Shown: piece after piece, positions 1 through 14,029 of the stretch
Numbering within the stretch: the stretch's first letter is position 1
How the letters are laid out: the number at the start of each line of letters is the position of its first letter
Source: Trichosphaerium sp. ATCC 40318
Lineage: Eukaryota > Protista > Tubulinea
Direction of reading: 5' to 3'
DNA: 64,000 nucleotides
Assembly (NCBI GenBank): GCA_038496445.1
Contig: JALMLS010000165.1
Coordinates: 1-64,000, forward strand
Translations under genes and position numbers: made by a program
Notes under the pieces: model-generated
What the model was told of the DNA's origin: nothing
The model's input: the letters and a program-made list of their open reading frames with translations, nothing else
The model's database searches: none

Positions 1-729
1 GAATACTAGGGCTGGTAGACAAACGATTTCAAGCAAAAAAAGCACGCGTCCATGCTCAGTTTCAAATTGCAAATACCATGCAACTGGTGGACAAAGTGGA
101 GTAGTACAAAGTAGCACCTCTATCAAGCATATTCTGTAAGTGGAAAAAACAGTTTTCCTGTTAAACACAAACCAAAAAGCACGACAGAGAAGGTTGCAAA
201 AAACAGACAATAGCGAAACTACTATAAGTGAGTGTAGTTGCTACTTTTTTGAGACTCTTTATCACCCTTACACTGTATTTAATATCTCTGTCCGGACTAA
301 GAATGTTGATAACAAAAGCGGTTGTTTACATAAATTGACCCGAAAGTTGTGACCAAAAAAGAAAGAGTGTTTAAAGACCAACAGAAAATAATCTGTATTC
401 GCTAGAAAACCTGTTGAATATGTCTTTAAGTATGTGTGGGTTTATTATGTACATTTGTGATTTCTTTTGAAAGCGATTTAGAGTCCCTTTATCAGACTTG
501 TTTAAACAAAACAATCGGTGTAAATGTCTTGAAAGACGACTTGTTGGCTTCTATGTACCCTCCAAAAGCTCTCAATGGTTTTGTTGATGCAGGTACAAGA
601 CGATTATTCTTTAGTACAAAATGGCATTGTGTTCTTGAGAAAAAAAGTTAGTGGTGAAGTGCGATGTTGGTGAAAGATTTTTGTGGATATAATTTTGTTA
701 TTCCGGAATAAAATGGATGGAGTTTTAGA

Positions 730-1503
730 AAGCGTACATTTCCAGATTTGTACGTTGTTTAAAACGTTTCTTTTTATCATAGGCTTGTAAATGGTGAGGT
801 CTGTGATCGTGTTTATGTGTATACACAACGTTTCTAAAAGCAAGAAGGTTAGCATACGAAATCAAAAAAAAAACAAAAAAAGTTCACAAAACTGTAAAAT
901 AAAAACTCTGTAGAATCAAATTAGGAGCTAGCGCTCTATTTTTTCTATATTATAGTTATTATGGATACTGTTTATAACATTATTAATCCGAAAAGAAACG
1001 AATAACGCCGTTAAAAACCAAAACTAGAAAAAAAAGGAAGACTAAAAAAACATCTTTAAATCGCGTCGGAAATACAAGAATGACATTCTTGTATGCGCTG
1101 ATATAGCGCTGAACGTGTTTTAAGCGAAAGCAAAAAACAAAAGTTTGCTGTTCACTTACAAATACTGTGGATCATTTGAATCCAATTGCACTTGTTTCCT
1201 CGCTTGACAGCGTGGAAAAGAGCATTTATAATAGAATCTCTTGTATTTGTGATTCTTTGGTAAACGTCTACCAATGTTTATCCATTCTATACCATCATGC
1301 TCAACGCTTAAATGTGAAGGCAAACGAACTGATTTGTTGAAAGAAAAGTCAGATTGTAAGCTTTTAAGCTGTTGTTTATGATAAGGTCTTGGCGATATTA
1401 TGAATGTGTGTTGCATGTGATGTTTGCTTGTTATTATTCTAAAAAAACTGACTGCGCATGGTGAGCAAACTTGGTATTTTTCGAAAACAAAAACAAGTTC
1501 CAA
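730..1503 (-). CDS. WRKY-domain (C2H2 zinc finger) transcription factor, divergent; gene ends approximate
   Basis: DGIEWINIGRRLPKNHKYKRFYYKCSFPRCQARKQVQLDSNDPQYL. Splicing the GT-AG intron 1159-834 continues with NVVYTHKHDH, giving C-x4-C-x23-H-x-H, the canonical WRKY finger spacing. Confidence 0.8.
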
Positions 1504-2359
1504 GTTTAGTAACTCCAGAAGTATGTCCCGAATTTGTGGATATCCAACAAATAAGACGTACTAAGTACAAGAAGCTTAATATACTACCATAATATGTATT
1601 TTGTGAAATTCTAGTTTTCTAATCAAGTCTGGTACAGACAAGTTCAAGAATGCATAGTACAATGAGCAATTACAGCGTAATTTACTGACAAAACAGTTTT
1701 TGCAGGTGATCTAAATACAGACGTCACAGTTTATGACCTCACTTCTAAAAATCTTCTGAAACACTATTGAATGTATGTATTTTCTATCTAGCACCGTAAG
1801 GTGAACGAAGTGCATAACAATGACCTCACACAGTAGCAAAAAAAAGTCACAAAATATGAACTTTCTCTACGCGCGTAGTGACTTGAATGAACTCAAAGAA
1901 CATGCAGTGTACCATCGTTTTTACTGTGTTAGGTCATTAAAAATGAGTGATTGAGTCGGAGTGGATGCAACGCCCTAGTAATCACCAAGGATAGATATCT
2001 CTTAACGTAGAACGAAGCTGCTGCAACAAAGAGTCCTTTTTATTATTATTATTTTCTCTTGTAGTGGGCGGTACACCGTTGCTAGCTATCACACCAAAAT
2101 CGACATTTGAGCACTCCTGAGCAAGTATCCAAAAGGTCTTGCAGTAAATGAGTGACGACAATTTTGTTAAAACAACCACAAAAACTTCAAAAAAAAAAGA
2201 AGTGGGAACTGTGCATACGCCTTTAAGAACCATATAAGTGATAATAAGAAATAAGTAAAAACTTATGAATGGTTAATGAACACGTGACCATATTACAACT
2301 TAAGTAAATAAGCCACAAGTCACGTTATTCTTAACAGTCACAAAAAGAAGACTCAACAA

Positions 2360-2865
2360 ATGTCATACACTTTATTTCTCATCGCTTTAACTCTCCCACT
2401 TATCATCCTAGGAGATACATGCGGCGTAAGTACTATTATACAGACTTTTTTACCGGTTTTAGGGTAATTGCCCAAGCAACACGTGTACCTCTTGTCCATG
2501 CGGTAGATCCTCTTCAAGCGCAAATATTGCCTCGTACGGTTTTGGTTTTAATGTCCAAAACTTTTCCTCTGACATTTTCCAGAGAGTGTAGGAAGTACTC
2601 TGGATGGTCTCAAGCATGCTGTGAATGTATAGCAAAAGCAGAGAGCGCAGGGAATGCGAATGCGATGAATGAAAACACAAACGGAAGCCTAGATGTTGGA
2701 TTATGGCAAATAAACTCATTAAACTGGAAAGAATGCAACGGAGGATCAGCACCATGCTCTCTAAGCTCAAACCTAAGCTGCGCAAAGAAAGTATTCGGCT
2801 GGGGAGGTAATACATGGAGATTCTGGGCAACATGTAGTAAATGTGGATGTTGTTCAAAGGCATAA
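2360..2865 (+). CDS. Secreted lysozyme-like protein (lysozyme/SLT fold, amoebal type), 3 exons
   Basis: Signal peptide MSYTLFLIALTLPLIILG, Cys-rich DTCGGNCPSNTCTSCPCG, catalytic-type IAKAESAG and DVGLWQINS motifs; two GT-AG introns. Confidence 0.85.
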
Positions 2866-2956
2866 AATAAACTCGAAGTTAGGTTTTTTTTTGGTGTTTC
2901 TAAATTTACTGTTTACTTTTATTTAATTTTTTTTCTAATACTTAACTTCAACCACT

Positions 2957-5900
2957 TTAACTAAAAGTGAACTCCTGTTGTTCCTCTTCAGAAAGTAGTC
3001 CTTCTAACTTATACATTAATGCCTTATTCTCAGCCCCAAGGTTAGCATTCTTAACCCTAAAACGCAAAGAAAGTCAGAAATCAATCAAAAAAATCAATCA
3101 AAAAAAAAAAAAAAGAAAAAACGAACCGTAATGAAGTGAGCCTTTTAGCAAGCTCTTTTTGTTTATCCATGAGTGTTCGTCGCTTCTTATGTACTCTATT
3201 CAATTGCCTTAATAGCTTAGGAGTAGCAGGTACAGCAGAAGCGGCATTTAAAACAGCAGAAACAGAGTTTGCGCTTTTTATCTGCTTTTTGGCTAAAGTA
3301 TGAAAATGCTTCATATGTCGTCGAATATCACCATCTCTCGCTTGAGAACGTTGCATATCCCTCTCTTCTCCATCACCATCACCATAATCTTCAGTAAGAC
3401 CATGAAGAGCACGAAGATGATGTGTAATTAGTTCACAACGAGCCAACCAATGATCAACTTTTTTATGAAGTTTTTCAATACCGTTCTGTTTCTGGACAGA
3501 AGCTGATATAGAATCAGTCGAAATACTACGTGGAGGCCTTTGTTGTTTAGTTGAACGATATGAAGGCTCTTCCGAACGTCTAGGATGTCCTCCTTCAGCA
3601 GAATAATCATTCCTGTAATTAAAAATTTTGATAAAAGACTCTGTTGACTGACTTGAAGCCAACTTAGACTTTACATAAGGTGGTGCAGATCTCTTACGGA
3701 CAAGCATATCCTTTGGTAGAACAGGAGGTGGAGCCTTTAATAGAAGTATAAGCATCAACATTAGGGGCATCAAGCAAGACAAAAGTCAAAAAACACTCCA
3801 GGTTTTTTTTCACGTGCTTTTCAGTGCAACAGCAAAAAATAAAGCTCAAACGCACCATTGGAGGAACAGGTTCTTTTGGACTAACAAGAGACCTAGAGCG
3901 ACTACGCTCTGGTGTTGTCTCTAGTAATATTTCCTTCACTTTCTTTGCTTTGAAAGAAGTATTTGATCCCTTCTTGTTGTTTTGTTTCATTTGTTCCAAA
4001 ACTGTTAGACGAGATTTCCACTTTCCTAACAAAGTAGAAAACTGTAACTCTTCATTCTCTTGAGGACCCTCTTTTTCAGGGATAGATCCAATTTCATACT
4101 CCTTAGGACTAAGTATAGTATCCCTTGGGGTTTCTGAAGCCTTTATAAACAAAACATTACACAAAAGCCGACAAAACAATAAAAACTAGATGGAAGCTTC
4201 TCAACAACAAAAAAAAAGTACCTGACGCAATAATACAACAAGACGTTGTACTTCCAGTTTAAGCTGTGTATTTTCAGTGGTAACTGTAGTTACACGATTA
4301 CGTAGTTCTTTATTGACTATATTATCAGCTTTAGCTGAGTCCAGGCCTTTGAAAATCAGTAAGTTAGTTGTTCTTGTAACATAACAAAAAACCAATTGTT
4401 TCTTTCCCAAATTCTAAAAAATCAACATACCAGCAAAGGATTCTCGAGATGCAGATGATACTATTGCATCAGATAACCCTATTGTAGAATCTCCTTCAGA
4501 GTCATCATCTTTTGGACCTTCTTGACCTTATAAAAAAGAGTAAGTTTATTGTTATTTTACTTCATGAAAGTGTTATTTTTCTACCTCCTATCATATCAAG
4601 CATCTGATCAGTTGTGAGTGATTTCTTGCTATCAGATGGTACTGTATCTTTTACTAGTAAAGTAATATAAACATCAACACTCAAAAAAGAAATAGCAAAA
4701 AAGACAAGAAAAAAGGATTGAGGTTGTACGTACAAAATGGTGGAATCTTAGGTCGCAACAGGTCTGTGTAATCAGACAATGAATCTGCTGGGACTAAGTC
4801 CAATGGTACTTGACCATTATTATCTCTTACGGATGTATCTGCTCCCTCGGACGTCTGTAAAGAACATGTTATTATTAAACGGTATCTCAAAAGGTTGAGG
4901 AAGAAAAACCACTTACCAGTAGTTTAACTACATCCAATCGATTTGCAACTACAGCCATATGTAATACAGTTGACCCTGAAGCATTTTGATAATTTAATTC
5001 AGCACCAGAGGTAATCTACAAGAAAAGAAGAAAGTATAAGAAGGAGAAGAACAAAGACAAATAGAAAAAAGAAATCATACCAAAAATTTAATAGCATCAA
5101 GCGGCATCATTGATGAAATGGCAAACATGAGCGGTACAAAATTGCTCATACTTGTCTGTTTATCATTAACACTTGCATATAGAGCAAGAAGAGCTCTAAG
5201 AATAGAAGATTAGGTCGAAACATAAAGAAAGAAGGAAAAAAAAGAAAGAAAAGACGCACAACATAAGCTCTGAATAACCTCTTGCTGAAGCTATCAATAT
5301 TGGTGTCCATCCCATACACGTTGTGTGTATATCGGCTCTGTTTTTAAGTAACATATTGGCAACATCAATATTATTGTTTAAACAAGCAAACCATAACGCT
5401 TTAGCGCCCTAAAAAAAAATCTTGGGTGAGCCAAACAAATGCTTAAAATAAAAGGCAAGCTTTCTTGCTCTACGTTCTTACATTTGGATTTCTTGCATTT
5501 ACATTAGCTCCTCGTTCTAGTAACAATGTAGCTATATCAAGGTGACCTTGCGAGAAGAATATCAGCCAATAATTAAAAGAGGAAAAAAACAAGAAAGAAA
5601 AAAAGGAACCAAGAACTTACCTCTATAAGCAGCGATGTGAAGTAATTTTATACCATGTACAATATCGCCCTGGTTGATGTCATCAACCAGATCTAACAAA
5701 TCCTCTACAACTTCATAATCACCTCGATATACAGCGCTAATAGTAACACATTAACAAACAAACACAAAATACAAAAAAAAAAAAAAAAGAACTTACTGAA
5801 AAAGCCTCACATCATTACACTGCTCTATCATTGTATTTGCAAATGCTAACATATCTTCTAGGTTATAACTACGTTCTTCAAGAACACTAAATCTTAAATT

Positions 5901-8196
5901 AGAGGTCATAGAGGCCAAAAACAAATCAAGACAAAAAAAACGCAAGAAAAAAAAAAAGCTTACACATCAGAATCAAGCGCTGTAACCTCTGGTTTGGCTG
6001 CAACCTTATCTTGTATCATCTTAGAGTACTTATTAAGTATAGCCTCTCTAGCACTAAGTGCTTCAGCCCTTTGTATAAGCTTCTCTTCTAGTTTTTCAAG
6101 CCTCAACCGTTGCCGTTTAAACCTTTTCGGTTTTTTCTTCCTGTTTACGAACGTCAAATTTTAATTCGCAGTAAACGCATAGAAACACAATTACCAATCG
6201 ATATTGATTGTTTGTGACATGTTTTAGAATAATTTAAAAAAAAACGTACTTATCTTCCGCTATGTTGCTTACAACTATACGGTCCCCTTTTGTGTTATCC
6301 TTAATACGCATTTTGCGCATTTTCCGTTTGGTAACATTCTAAAACCGTCAATAGGTTCATTTATTACTCTAGAACATACCTTGTTAACGTCCATTACTAC
6401 GTTAACTGATGAACAACGTTTTAGAAGCTGACGCTCTGTTGTATTCTCAGATGTATCAAAACTTAGAGAACGAGGTCTTCTACTATAATAAAAGCCATAT
6501 GAGTTACTTTCAAGCGAAAAAAAAGAATCTCTTTGACATAAATGCAAAAAGGCGGAAAATTACGTACACTCGACCTTCCTGTGTCTGAACAATATTGACT
6601 TTCATCTCAGTACCCTCTGGCTCTTCAGCATTAGAAGCAGTATAAAACGAGTCATGACTAGCGCTACGAAAAGGACCAACTATCTCTACAGGTATGTTCG
6701 ATAGAACAACAGATCTACGTTTAGATACTGCGTCATCATTACTACTAGCACTACATCCACACGTATATTAGAAACAAAGAGGTTACAGCACAAGAAAAAA
6801 GCCACTTACGAGCGATCAAACTTGTTCCGTTTTTTCTTCTTTTTTCTGACAACATCTCTGTTTTTTTACATCCTCCCGCTGTTTCTTTGCTTTACGCTTC
6901 TAAACAAGGAACTTAAAACCAAAAAAAAAAAAAGAATAACGCCATCATGTCTGCATTTGCAGTTGGCTTTTTTTGGGTTCTTTGTGATTTTACGTACCAA
7001 TCTGTACGAGTTAGGTGGAGGCTCGAAGTCTTTTTTCCTATCAAGCATAATAACACGAGTAATTCCACCTCCAGCAGACTTTGATTTGAGTAAAGGTGCC
7101 ATTTCTGGTTTTGATACTTTAACACGCTCGTGTCTACTCTTTGCTCTCCTTCTCTTCGATCTTGCTTTAACCTTATCAAACTCTTCGTCTTTTAATGGTA
7201 CTTTCTTTTTAAAACCTAATCTCGATCGACCCTTGCGTTTACGAGCGCTTATAGTTTGAGCAGGGACAGTTATATCGTCTGAAATAGAAAGAGACGGAAA
7301 ATCACTCAAACGGCTAGGAAAATAAGTAATCTAGCTCATTTAGAGTATTCAGATAGCGAAGAAAGCTTTTAAGACCATTTTTTTGAAATTATTCTTAAAC
7401 GTTACATACTCTGTTTTCTGTACATCTCTAGGCGATTTTCTACCTTCAGAGCCTACTAATTTGAAGTTAAATCGCAAGAAAAGACCAAAAAATTAAAAAG
7501 AATTTGATCTTGTTTTGAAAAATAGTCATGCAAGCCTTGTAATTTACCTTTAGATGATCTTGGTGTCGATAACGTAGAGAGATTGTACTAGGTAACAAGT
7601 TAAAAAAAAACTGGTACGGAAGGTCTGCCAGTACGCTGTATTTTTGAGTAAATACGAGGAACGCGTAGACTAAATCAAAGGGATTTTATAGACGTATCTA
7701 CAGCAGCAAACAAAAAAAGGCCGAATTTGGTGATTGTCGAAAAAAATTAACGAAACACCTCAACCAAACATCAAGAAAAACGTACGGCGCTGCCTTCACT
7801 CCTTGATTCTTTGTGATCAAAACTATCTTCTGAAGTGTTTATTGCTATTTAGTGTTTTATTAGTTATATTGCCAATTAACGATTTACCGTAAAAGAGGTA
7901 CGACGTGGTAGAGTGTTTTTGGTTTGTTTTTGATTTTGTGTCTTCACTTACCTTTAGAATCAAGAAATCCAGATATTGGTGTGTATGTGTCTTTGTTAGC
8001 TGTCTAGTAGCCTTTGTTAGAAAAACACCAAAAAAGTAGTGTTGTTCGATTGTATATTTTACGAAATCGTTCGTCACGTACACTTAGAGTGCGTGAATGC
8101 TTCTTTGGCTTGCGGGATTTTTTGCCTTTATTTCGCTTATCCTTCCCTGGGTCCTAAGACGCGTTAATACTCTACCAGTAATGTTTAGGGTACCAT
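2957..8196 (-). CDS. Large multi-exon ankyrin-repeat / coiled-coil protein (start uncertain, 8196 or 8344)
   Basis: Ankyrin repeats in exons at ~4750-5750 (LLHIAAYRGHLDIATLLLERGANVNA; GWTPILIASARG; STVLHMAVVANRLDVVKLL). Basic N-terminal exons and a C-terminal coiled coil; last exon spliced in frame to TAA 2957-2959. Some 5' exon junctions unresolved. Confidence 0.7.
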
Positions 8197-8419
8197 TGCA
8201 ATACTTGTGCTTGCTGTCTCCGGACTTGTTGCTAATAACGAATTAATACTCCGAAAGCTGACAAGGTAACGTACCATAGCCGCTGTTGCCCCCTTGCCTA
8301 GCTTTACGGGCTTTCTTATTGCCAGAAATTGCTTTACGTCTCATTCTACTCTACAAAGTACCAAATACACGTCATTTAACAATAAAAGTACGCCAATCAC
8401 TTTACAGTTTATACTGAGT
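7872..8419. repeat. Direct repeat copy A (~548 bp) carrying the 5' exons/promoter of the ankyrin gene
   Basis: Near-identical to 9977-10518 (ccaattaacgattt...tactgagt) with only a few substitutions and short indels. Confidence 0.95.
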
Positions 8420-9976
8420 TAGTCAGCGTCCTATTTTTTCCGGACCGCCCTATTTTTTCCGGGTAAAAATCAAAAATTTCAGTACAAAACAATAAGTTTC
8501 TCCCTTCAAACATAAGTAAGATATTCCGAATTCTAGTATAAGGAATACACGATATTAGGCACGCGGTATAGGTACTCAGATATGCTGTTACTTGTTAGCT
8601 TACACGCATTTCTCACTATTTTTGCCTCTGATATTGTAAAACACTTTGGGAACTAGAGCACGCTTTCATCTCGCACTACTTACACGCCATCTACTAGACA
8701 TATTTACTTATAGTACCTCTCATAAGAAACGTACAAGTCATGTTTGGAGTTTACAGAGGGCTGATTTGGTATTTTTTATGTAACGTTGTTTTTAATTTTG
8801 CTTTTCTAGCTTTCCATTGTAACTTTTTTTTGCAAATTTGGGATGCACAGGTTTTGTTACCAGTTGAGAACAAGTGCTGTTTCTCAGGTAGACTGAAAAT
8901 TATTTCTATGTTTGATCTTTATCAAACTCTTGCACTTATAGAATTAACATCATACTTAGTCACCGTCACCCAAACGCAGATGGGTATACAGCTTAATATC
9001 AAAGGCTTGTTATATTAACTATAACTCATTTATACTTTCATCGATGTTTTGTCAATGACTTCAGGTCAGACAAATCATGTTGGAACATCAGTTTTTTCAG
9101 TTTTTTTCCACAATCTATATTTTTCTGTAGGCCAACACCAGCGTATACCTATTGTGACATTAACAGTCCAACTTTAGAGTATTAATATGTTTGCTTGAAC
9201 TACAGCTTTATATAAAATTACATACCATATTATGATGTCAATATTGAGTCTAACTATCGCCACACAAACATACACAACAAGTAAGAATTGATGTGAAATG
9301 AGCATCTCCATTATTTAAATGCAATCTTATATAATGAGCGTCTACAACATAGTGTTGGTGCTTGTATACAAACATCAAGTAGCCTTTGGAATATAGGGAT
9401 GGGACTGAGAATGTTCAAATGTAGAAGCAAATTGTGAATTTTTTTGAGAAAGGATAGTCTCCGTTTACCACTCACGAAAAAAATTGCACCACTTCTACTA
9501 CTATGATTTCCTTCCTCATTATACATGTAGTGCTGGTGATATGCAGCTGTAGCACAAACGCTTCTGAGCGTAGAAATATACCACCTTTTACGCTGTACAT
9601 GAGGATGCCACAAGTGTAATAAACACAGTATTAACGCCTTTCCTGGATATATTCATTGCAAACGTCAACTTGCACATTATCTCACTTGTCATAAATGATT
9701 TGTACTGAATTGGGACACATTTTGAATCATGGGATACAAACTTATGGAGTCAACTCCAAATACAACCACAAAACTAAAAATGTGATCAACAATTTTGGTG
9801 ACATCACATTCTCAGAGTGTAAAACCTGAATGTTGCAGACTGCTCACTATATTTCCTAATGACTCAGGTATAGCAAAAAATATAGCGAATATGTACATCT
9901 TGATTTTGTGGCCCAGTTTTAATGCTAATGTTCACACCCGAATCTTAAATGCTGTTTATTGCTTTGTGAATTTTAA
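8420..9976 (+). mobile_element. 1.56-kb insertion, possible decayed pogo/Tc1-mariner DNA transposon remnant
   Basis: Lies between the direct repeats. Begins TA-gtcagcgtcc followed by a duplicated ctattttttccgg, which is TIR-like. A stop-ridden + frame near 9730-9790 reads GYKLMESTPNTTTKLK, weakly resembling the pogo DDE motif PPNTTSKLQP. No right TIR found. Confidence 0.3.
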
Positions 9977-10518
9977 CCAATTAACGATTTACCGTAAAAG
10001 AGGTACGACGTGGTAGAGTGTTTTTGGTTTGTTTTTGATTTCGTACACTTACCTTTAGAATCAAGAAATCCAGATATTGGTGTGTATGTGTCTTTGTTAG
10101 CTGTCTAGTAGCCTTTGTTAGAAAAACACCAAAAAAAGTAGTGTTGTTCGATTGTATATTTTACGAAATCGTTCGTCACGTACACTTAGAGTGCGTGAAT
10201 GCTTCTTTGGCTTGCGGGATTTTTTGCCTTTATTTCGCTTATCCTTCCCTGGGTCCTAAGACGCGTTAATACTCTACCAGTAATGTTGGTACCATTGCAA
10301 TACTTGTGCTTGCTGTCTCCGGACTTGTTGCTAATAACGAATTAATACTCCGAAAGCTGACAAGGGAACGTACCATAGCCGCTGTTGCCCCGTTGCCTAG
10401 CTTTACGGGCTTTCTTATTGCCAGAAATTGCTTTACGTCTCATTCTACTCTACAAAGTACCAAATACACGTCATTTAACAATAAAAGTACGCCAATCACT
10501 TTACAGTTTATACTGAGT
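9977..10518. repeat. Direct repeat copy B (~542 bp), adjacent to the ITFG1 promoter
   Basis: Near-identical to 7872-8419. Confidence 0.95.
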
Positions 10519-10577
10519 GTACTTTTTTTGACTCACGCCCAGTAAGTTGCCTCTTCAAAAACGCTTCTAAAAACCAC

Positions 10578-13500
10578 ATGGTGGCGCGTTTTATTATTTT
10601 AACACTAATTGCAACGACATGCTTCGTTGCAGGGCGTTATCGTGGAGGCTCGTCTGAATTACAACCTGTTGATGTAAACCTTGGACAGTTGGAAGGTCAC
10701 ATTGCGTCGTTTGGCGATTTTGATAGCGACAGATTGTATGTGTTGGTTTTTAAAGGTGTAGACGTGGTTTTTGACTGTTTGTAGTACCGATGTGTTCGTA
10801 ATTGGTCCAAACAAGCAAAATATAACAGCTCATCTATGGGATGGTATGTTTTAGGCTGGTTCAATTGTTTTAGTTTTGAAACTATTTAAAGTACAATTAG
10901 GCGACTCCAAGTTCCTTCTTAACGACGCCGCTACAGTATTAAGCGCTGGAGATGTTTTAAACATTATAACAGCGGATTTCAACCTAGATGGTAGTTTGGA
11001 CATGCTAGTACAAGCGAAGTATCCAGATGACGCAACTCGCTCTACTTTAACATTACATTATGGCAATTATAACAAATTCGGTACTTACAAGCGCTTAAAA
11101 CACTACAAAAGCTTAGACTTACGCGTCGCGAATACTATTTAAGAATACCCGTTAATTTCTGACGCGTGTTTTTTCAGCATCTGTTCTTGAGCTTGGTAAT
11201 GATGCTACTGTCGGTCACGTGTCTATCATTGATTGGAATGGTGATTTACTACCTGATCTTATCGGTACCTTACACGTCAATGGATCAAAGACCATATGGG
11301 TAAACAGCGGGAAGAACTTTACCACGTGCGATCAAATTCCTTGTTATTTGAAATATTTCTTTTTTTCTTTTCTTTAAACGCGGCTAGAGCGATAGCAAAT
11401 TCATCAAGTTTGATATCTTCGCTATGCCACGCTACCTTCCTTTGTCTAGGGGTATCTTTCGCTTACAGAGTGTTTGTTGTTCTTTTTGTTGTTCTTACTT
11501 TCTCGTTAGTATAGACCTTCCTGGTAGTGCCTTACCTTTTGCTGAACCTCATTCAAATGCAATCGTCGATATTAACGGTGATTGTGCTGCCGACTTGATG
11601 CTTACTCTACAAAACGACGATTCTCTTGAGTACCACCTCTACCTTAACGTGGAGGGTAAATTCTCTCCTCCTGCACCGAATTCTCCTCTAGTCTACAAAA
11701 CACCGTTAACGGCTGGATTGGCTAGTTTCGCTGATTTTGATGGTGATGGTAATATGGATGTGGCGTTTACAGTGTGCAATGGCTCAAAATGCGAAGATGG
11801 TACTTTTTTTTTAAAGCAAAACAGTGACTTAACACTTGAGATTAATCGCCATATCTTGCTTTAGGTATGGAGTTACATATTGTGTACAATCAACAGGAAG
11901 GTGTCTGTAAGAATGCATTCGATTCAAGCAGTTGTAAGTCTCAAACGAAGCTTTGTCAAGCTGGTAACGCATGGCGTTATCCTTCATGGAATGGACCTGC
12001 TGGAGCTGTAAGGATTTCTTGATTTCTTTTGGGTTTAAGTGATGTTTAGGGACATGTTATCATTAATAACTTTCCTGCTGGATTGAGCTTCTATGCAGAT
12101 GAAGAATTCCCTGGTGTTACTTTACGTGTTGGCGATTATGATTTGGATAGCTACCCTGATCTGTTGATTCCTTTCTTTAACGAGAAACTGCGTAATGATA
12201 CTTTTTTTTTTTGTATTTTTTTTTTGTTTTTTTCATCTTGTGGCCTCTTGTTGCGCTTTAGTTCTTATGAATTTATAGAAACAAGTCAAGTTCAATTATG
12301 GAGGAACGTAGAGTGTGAGGGCACATGTCCTGGGACTAGTGATCGCCGTCGGTTTAACCAGATTGCTCAGAATGTCAACGCTTTGACTGACATTAAAGGT
12401 GCCTTTATTGGTGCTTGGTTTGATCTTGAAGAACAAGTATGTTAGTTTTATAAAGTTTTATAAGCTTAATATAGTTGTATTTTATTTGTTAATATTAAAT
12501 GTAGGCTGTTAATTCAATGTTTGTCCTTTCAAGAGAGACAGCATTAAGTAATGTTAAGATTAGCGCTGTCTTAAATAACATCTTTGCTGATGCTTCATTT
12601 ATAAAAACTACAGGACTAAATGGTGTCTGCACTGGTTGGTGTAGTTCTGGCGATAAGTTTCCTAGTCCAAAGGTATACTAACAATACTATTAATCTTCGA
12701 AAAAGAAAGAATGCTACCTTGTGTACACTTTCTTTTTTGCACGTGTTACTTGATTTTTAACGTTTATTTGTTGGATCGTTCTTGACCGTTTTTGTAGCCT
12801 TATGGTGTTAATAAGTACGGTGCAACTTTTAAATTAACTTGGAACGATTTGGGTGGTACTCAGCATGCTATTGTAGGTACGTATATTAAATAATGACAGC
12901 ACAACCCTGAAAAAAGATATCTAATTCTTATTGTTGCATATACTTCTTCTTGTGCCTTTTGTTTTTGTTTGAACTTCAGTACTAATATGTTTTTATCGTA
13001 TTTAGCACCTCAGCTATCTCAAAGCGGTTACTTAGCTTTACAGACTCCTTATGTTCTCAATGGGATTGGACGTGTTTCATCTTATGTTGAGTACTTGTAT
13101 TATGGTATTCCTGTTGCTCAAAGTGAGCAAGTGGGTTCTTGGACAGGTGTTCTACCAAATTCTCAAGTTGTTACTATCCCATACGCACCTAGTAAGCCTA
13201 AAGAGTACGTACTAAGCTAATAATCGATTTGCAAGTTTTTCTCTGAATTTTTTTTATTTTGTTGTTTCAAATTTGCTTTGAATAGTTTTCACTGTCCTGT
13301 CAATGGCATGGAATTGTGTTATTCTGTTCGAGATATATTGTATTTATTTAGATTTTTGTTTTTAAGGGTGTAGCCACACCTTAAATGCAATTGAAATACA
13401 ACTTGTTGTGTTCTCAGAGATGTTTTTAACTTTTTTCATAGATGGACGCTTGAGTTGTATATAGATCCTTCAGCGTCTCTTATATTTATAGGATTGGCAC

Positions 13501-13829
13501 TTATTCTTGCAATGATCGGTATTGGAGCGATTATTTTGTACCTCATGTGGAGAGAGAGGGTAATATCTTATTTTCTTTTATTTTATATTTCTCGAAATAG
13601 TATCTGTTTTAATTTGTTTTGTTTAACCAGGCTCTCATGTGCCTGTTTTTTAATTTTTATTTTGGAACACCTTGTGTTATATTTTTAAAAATAGTATTTG
13701 GATACCCTTTGTTAAAATTAGGGTGTTGGTTTATGGTATTAAAGAAAACTAATTTTTTTCCTTTTTTAGAAACAAGATGAAAATGAAAAGAAAGAAATGG
13801 AACATCTCTTCTCTTTCAAAGCTTTGTAG
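10578..13829 (+). CDS. ITFG1: ITFG1/LINKIN (T-cell immunomodulatory protein) homolog; FG-GAP repeats and a C-terminal TM helix
   Basis: Signal peptide; FGDFDSD, ADFNLDGSLD, PHSNAIVDINGDCAADL, GDYDLDSYPDL, QLSQSGYLALQTPY motifs; TM helix followed by WRERKQDENEKKEMEHLFSFKAL*. Confidence 0.9.
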
Positions 13830-14029
13830 AATGTTAATACTTCAAACACACCTCCTCAACACTCTAATGTTTCTATCTAAAAGTATGAAACAGTGATAAA
13901 TATGAACAGTACTACTTTATGATCCAAATAAATCAAATGATAACTTGTATTTCTGTACTAGTTTGTCGTTTTATTTTGTTTCTTTGTCATAACAAACTCA
14001 GCAATTAAACAATCGTGATAAATTTGAAG

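Noticed and set aside
7872-10518. LTR retrotransposon interpretation of the direct repeats
   Set aside because: No TG...CA termini, TSD, PBS/PPT or gag/pol remnants; the repeat contains host exons.
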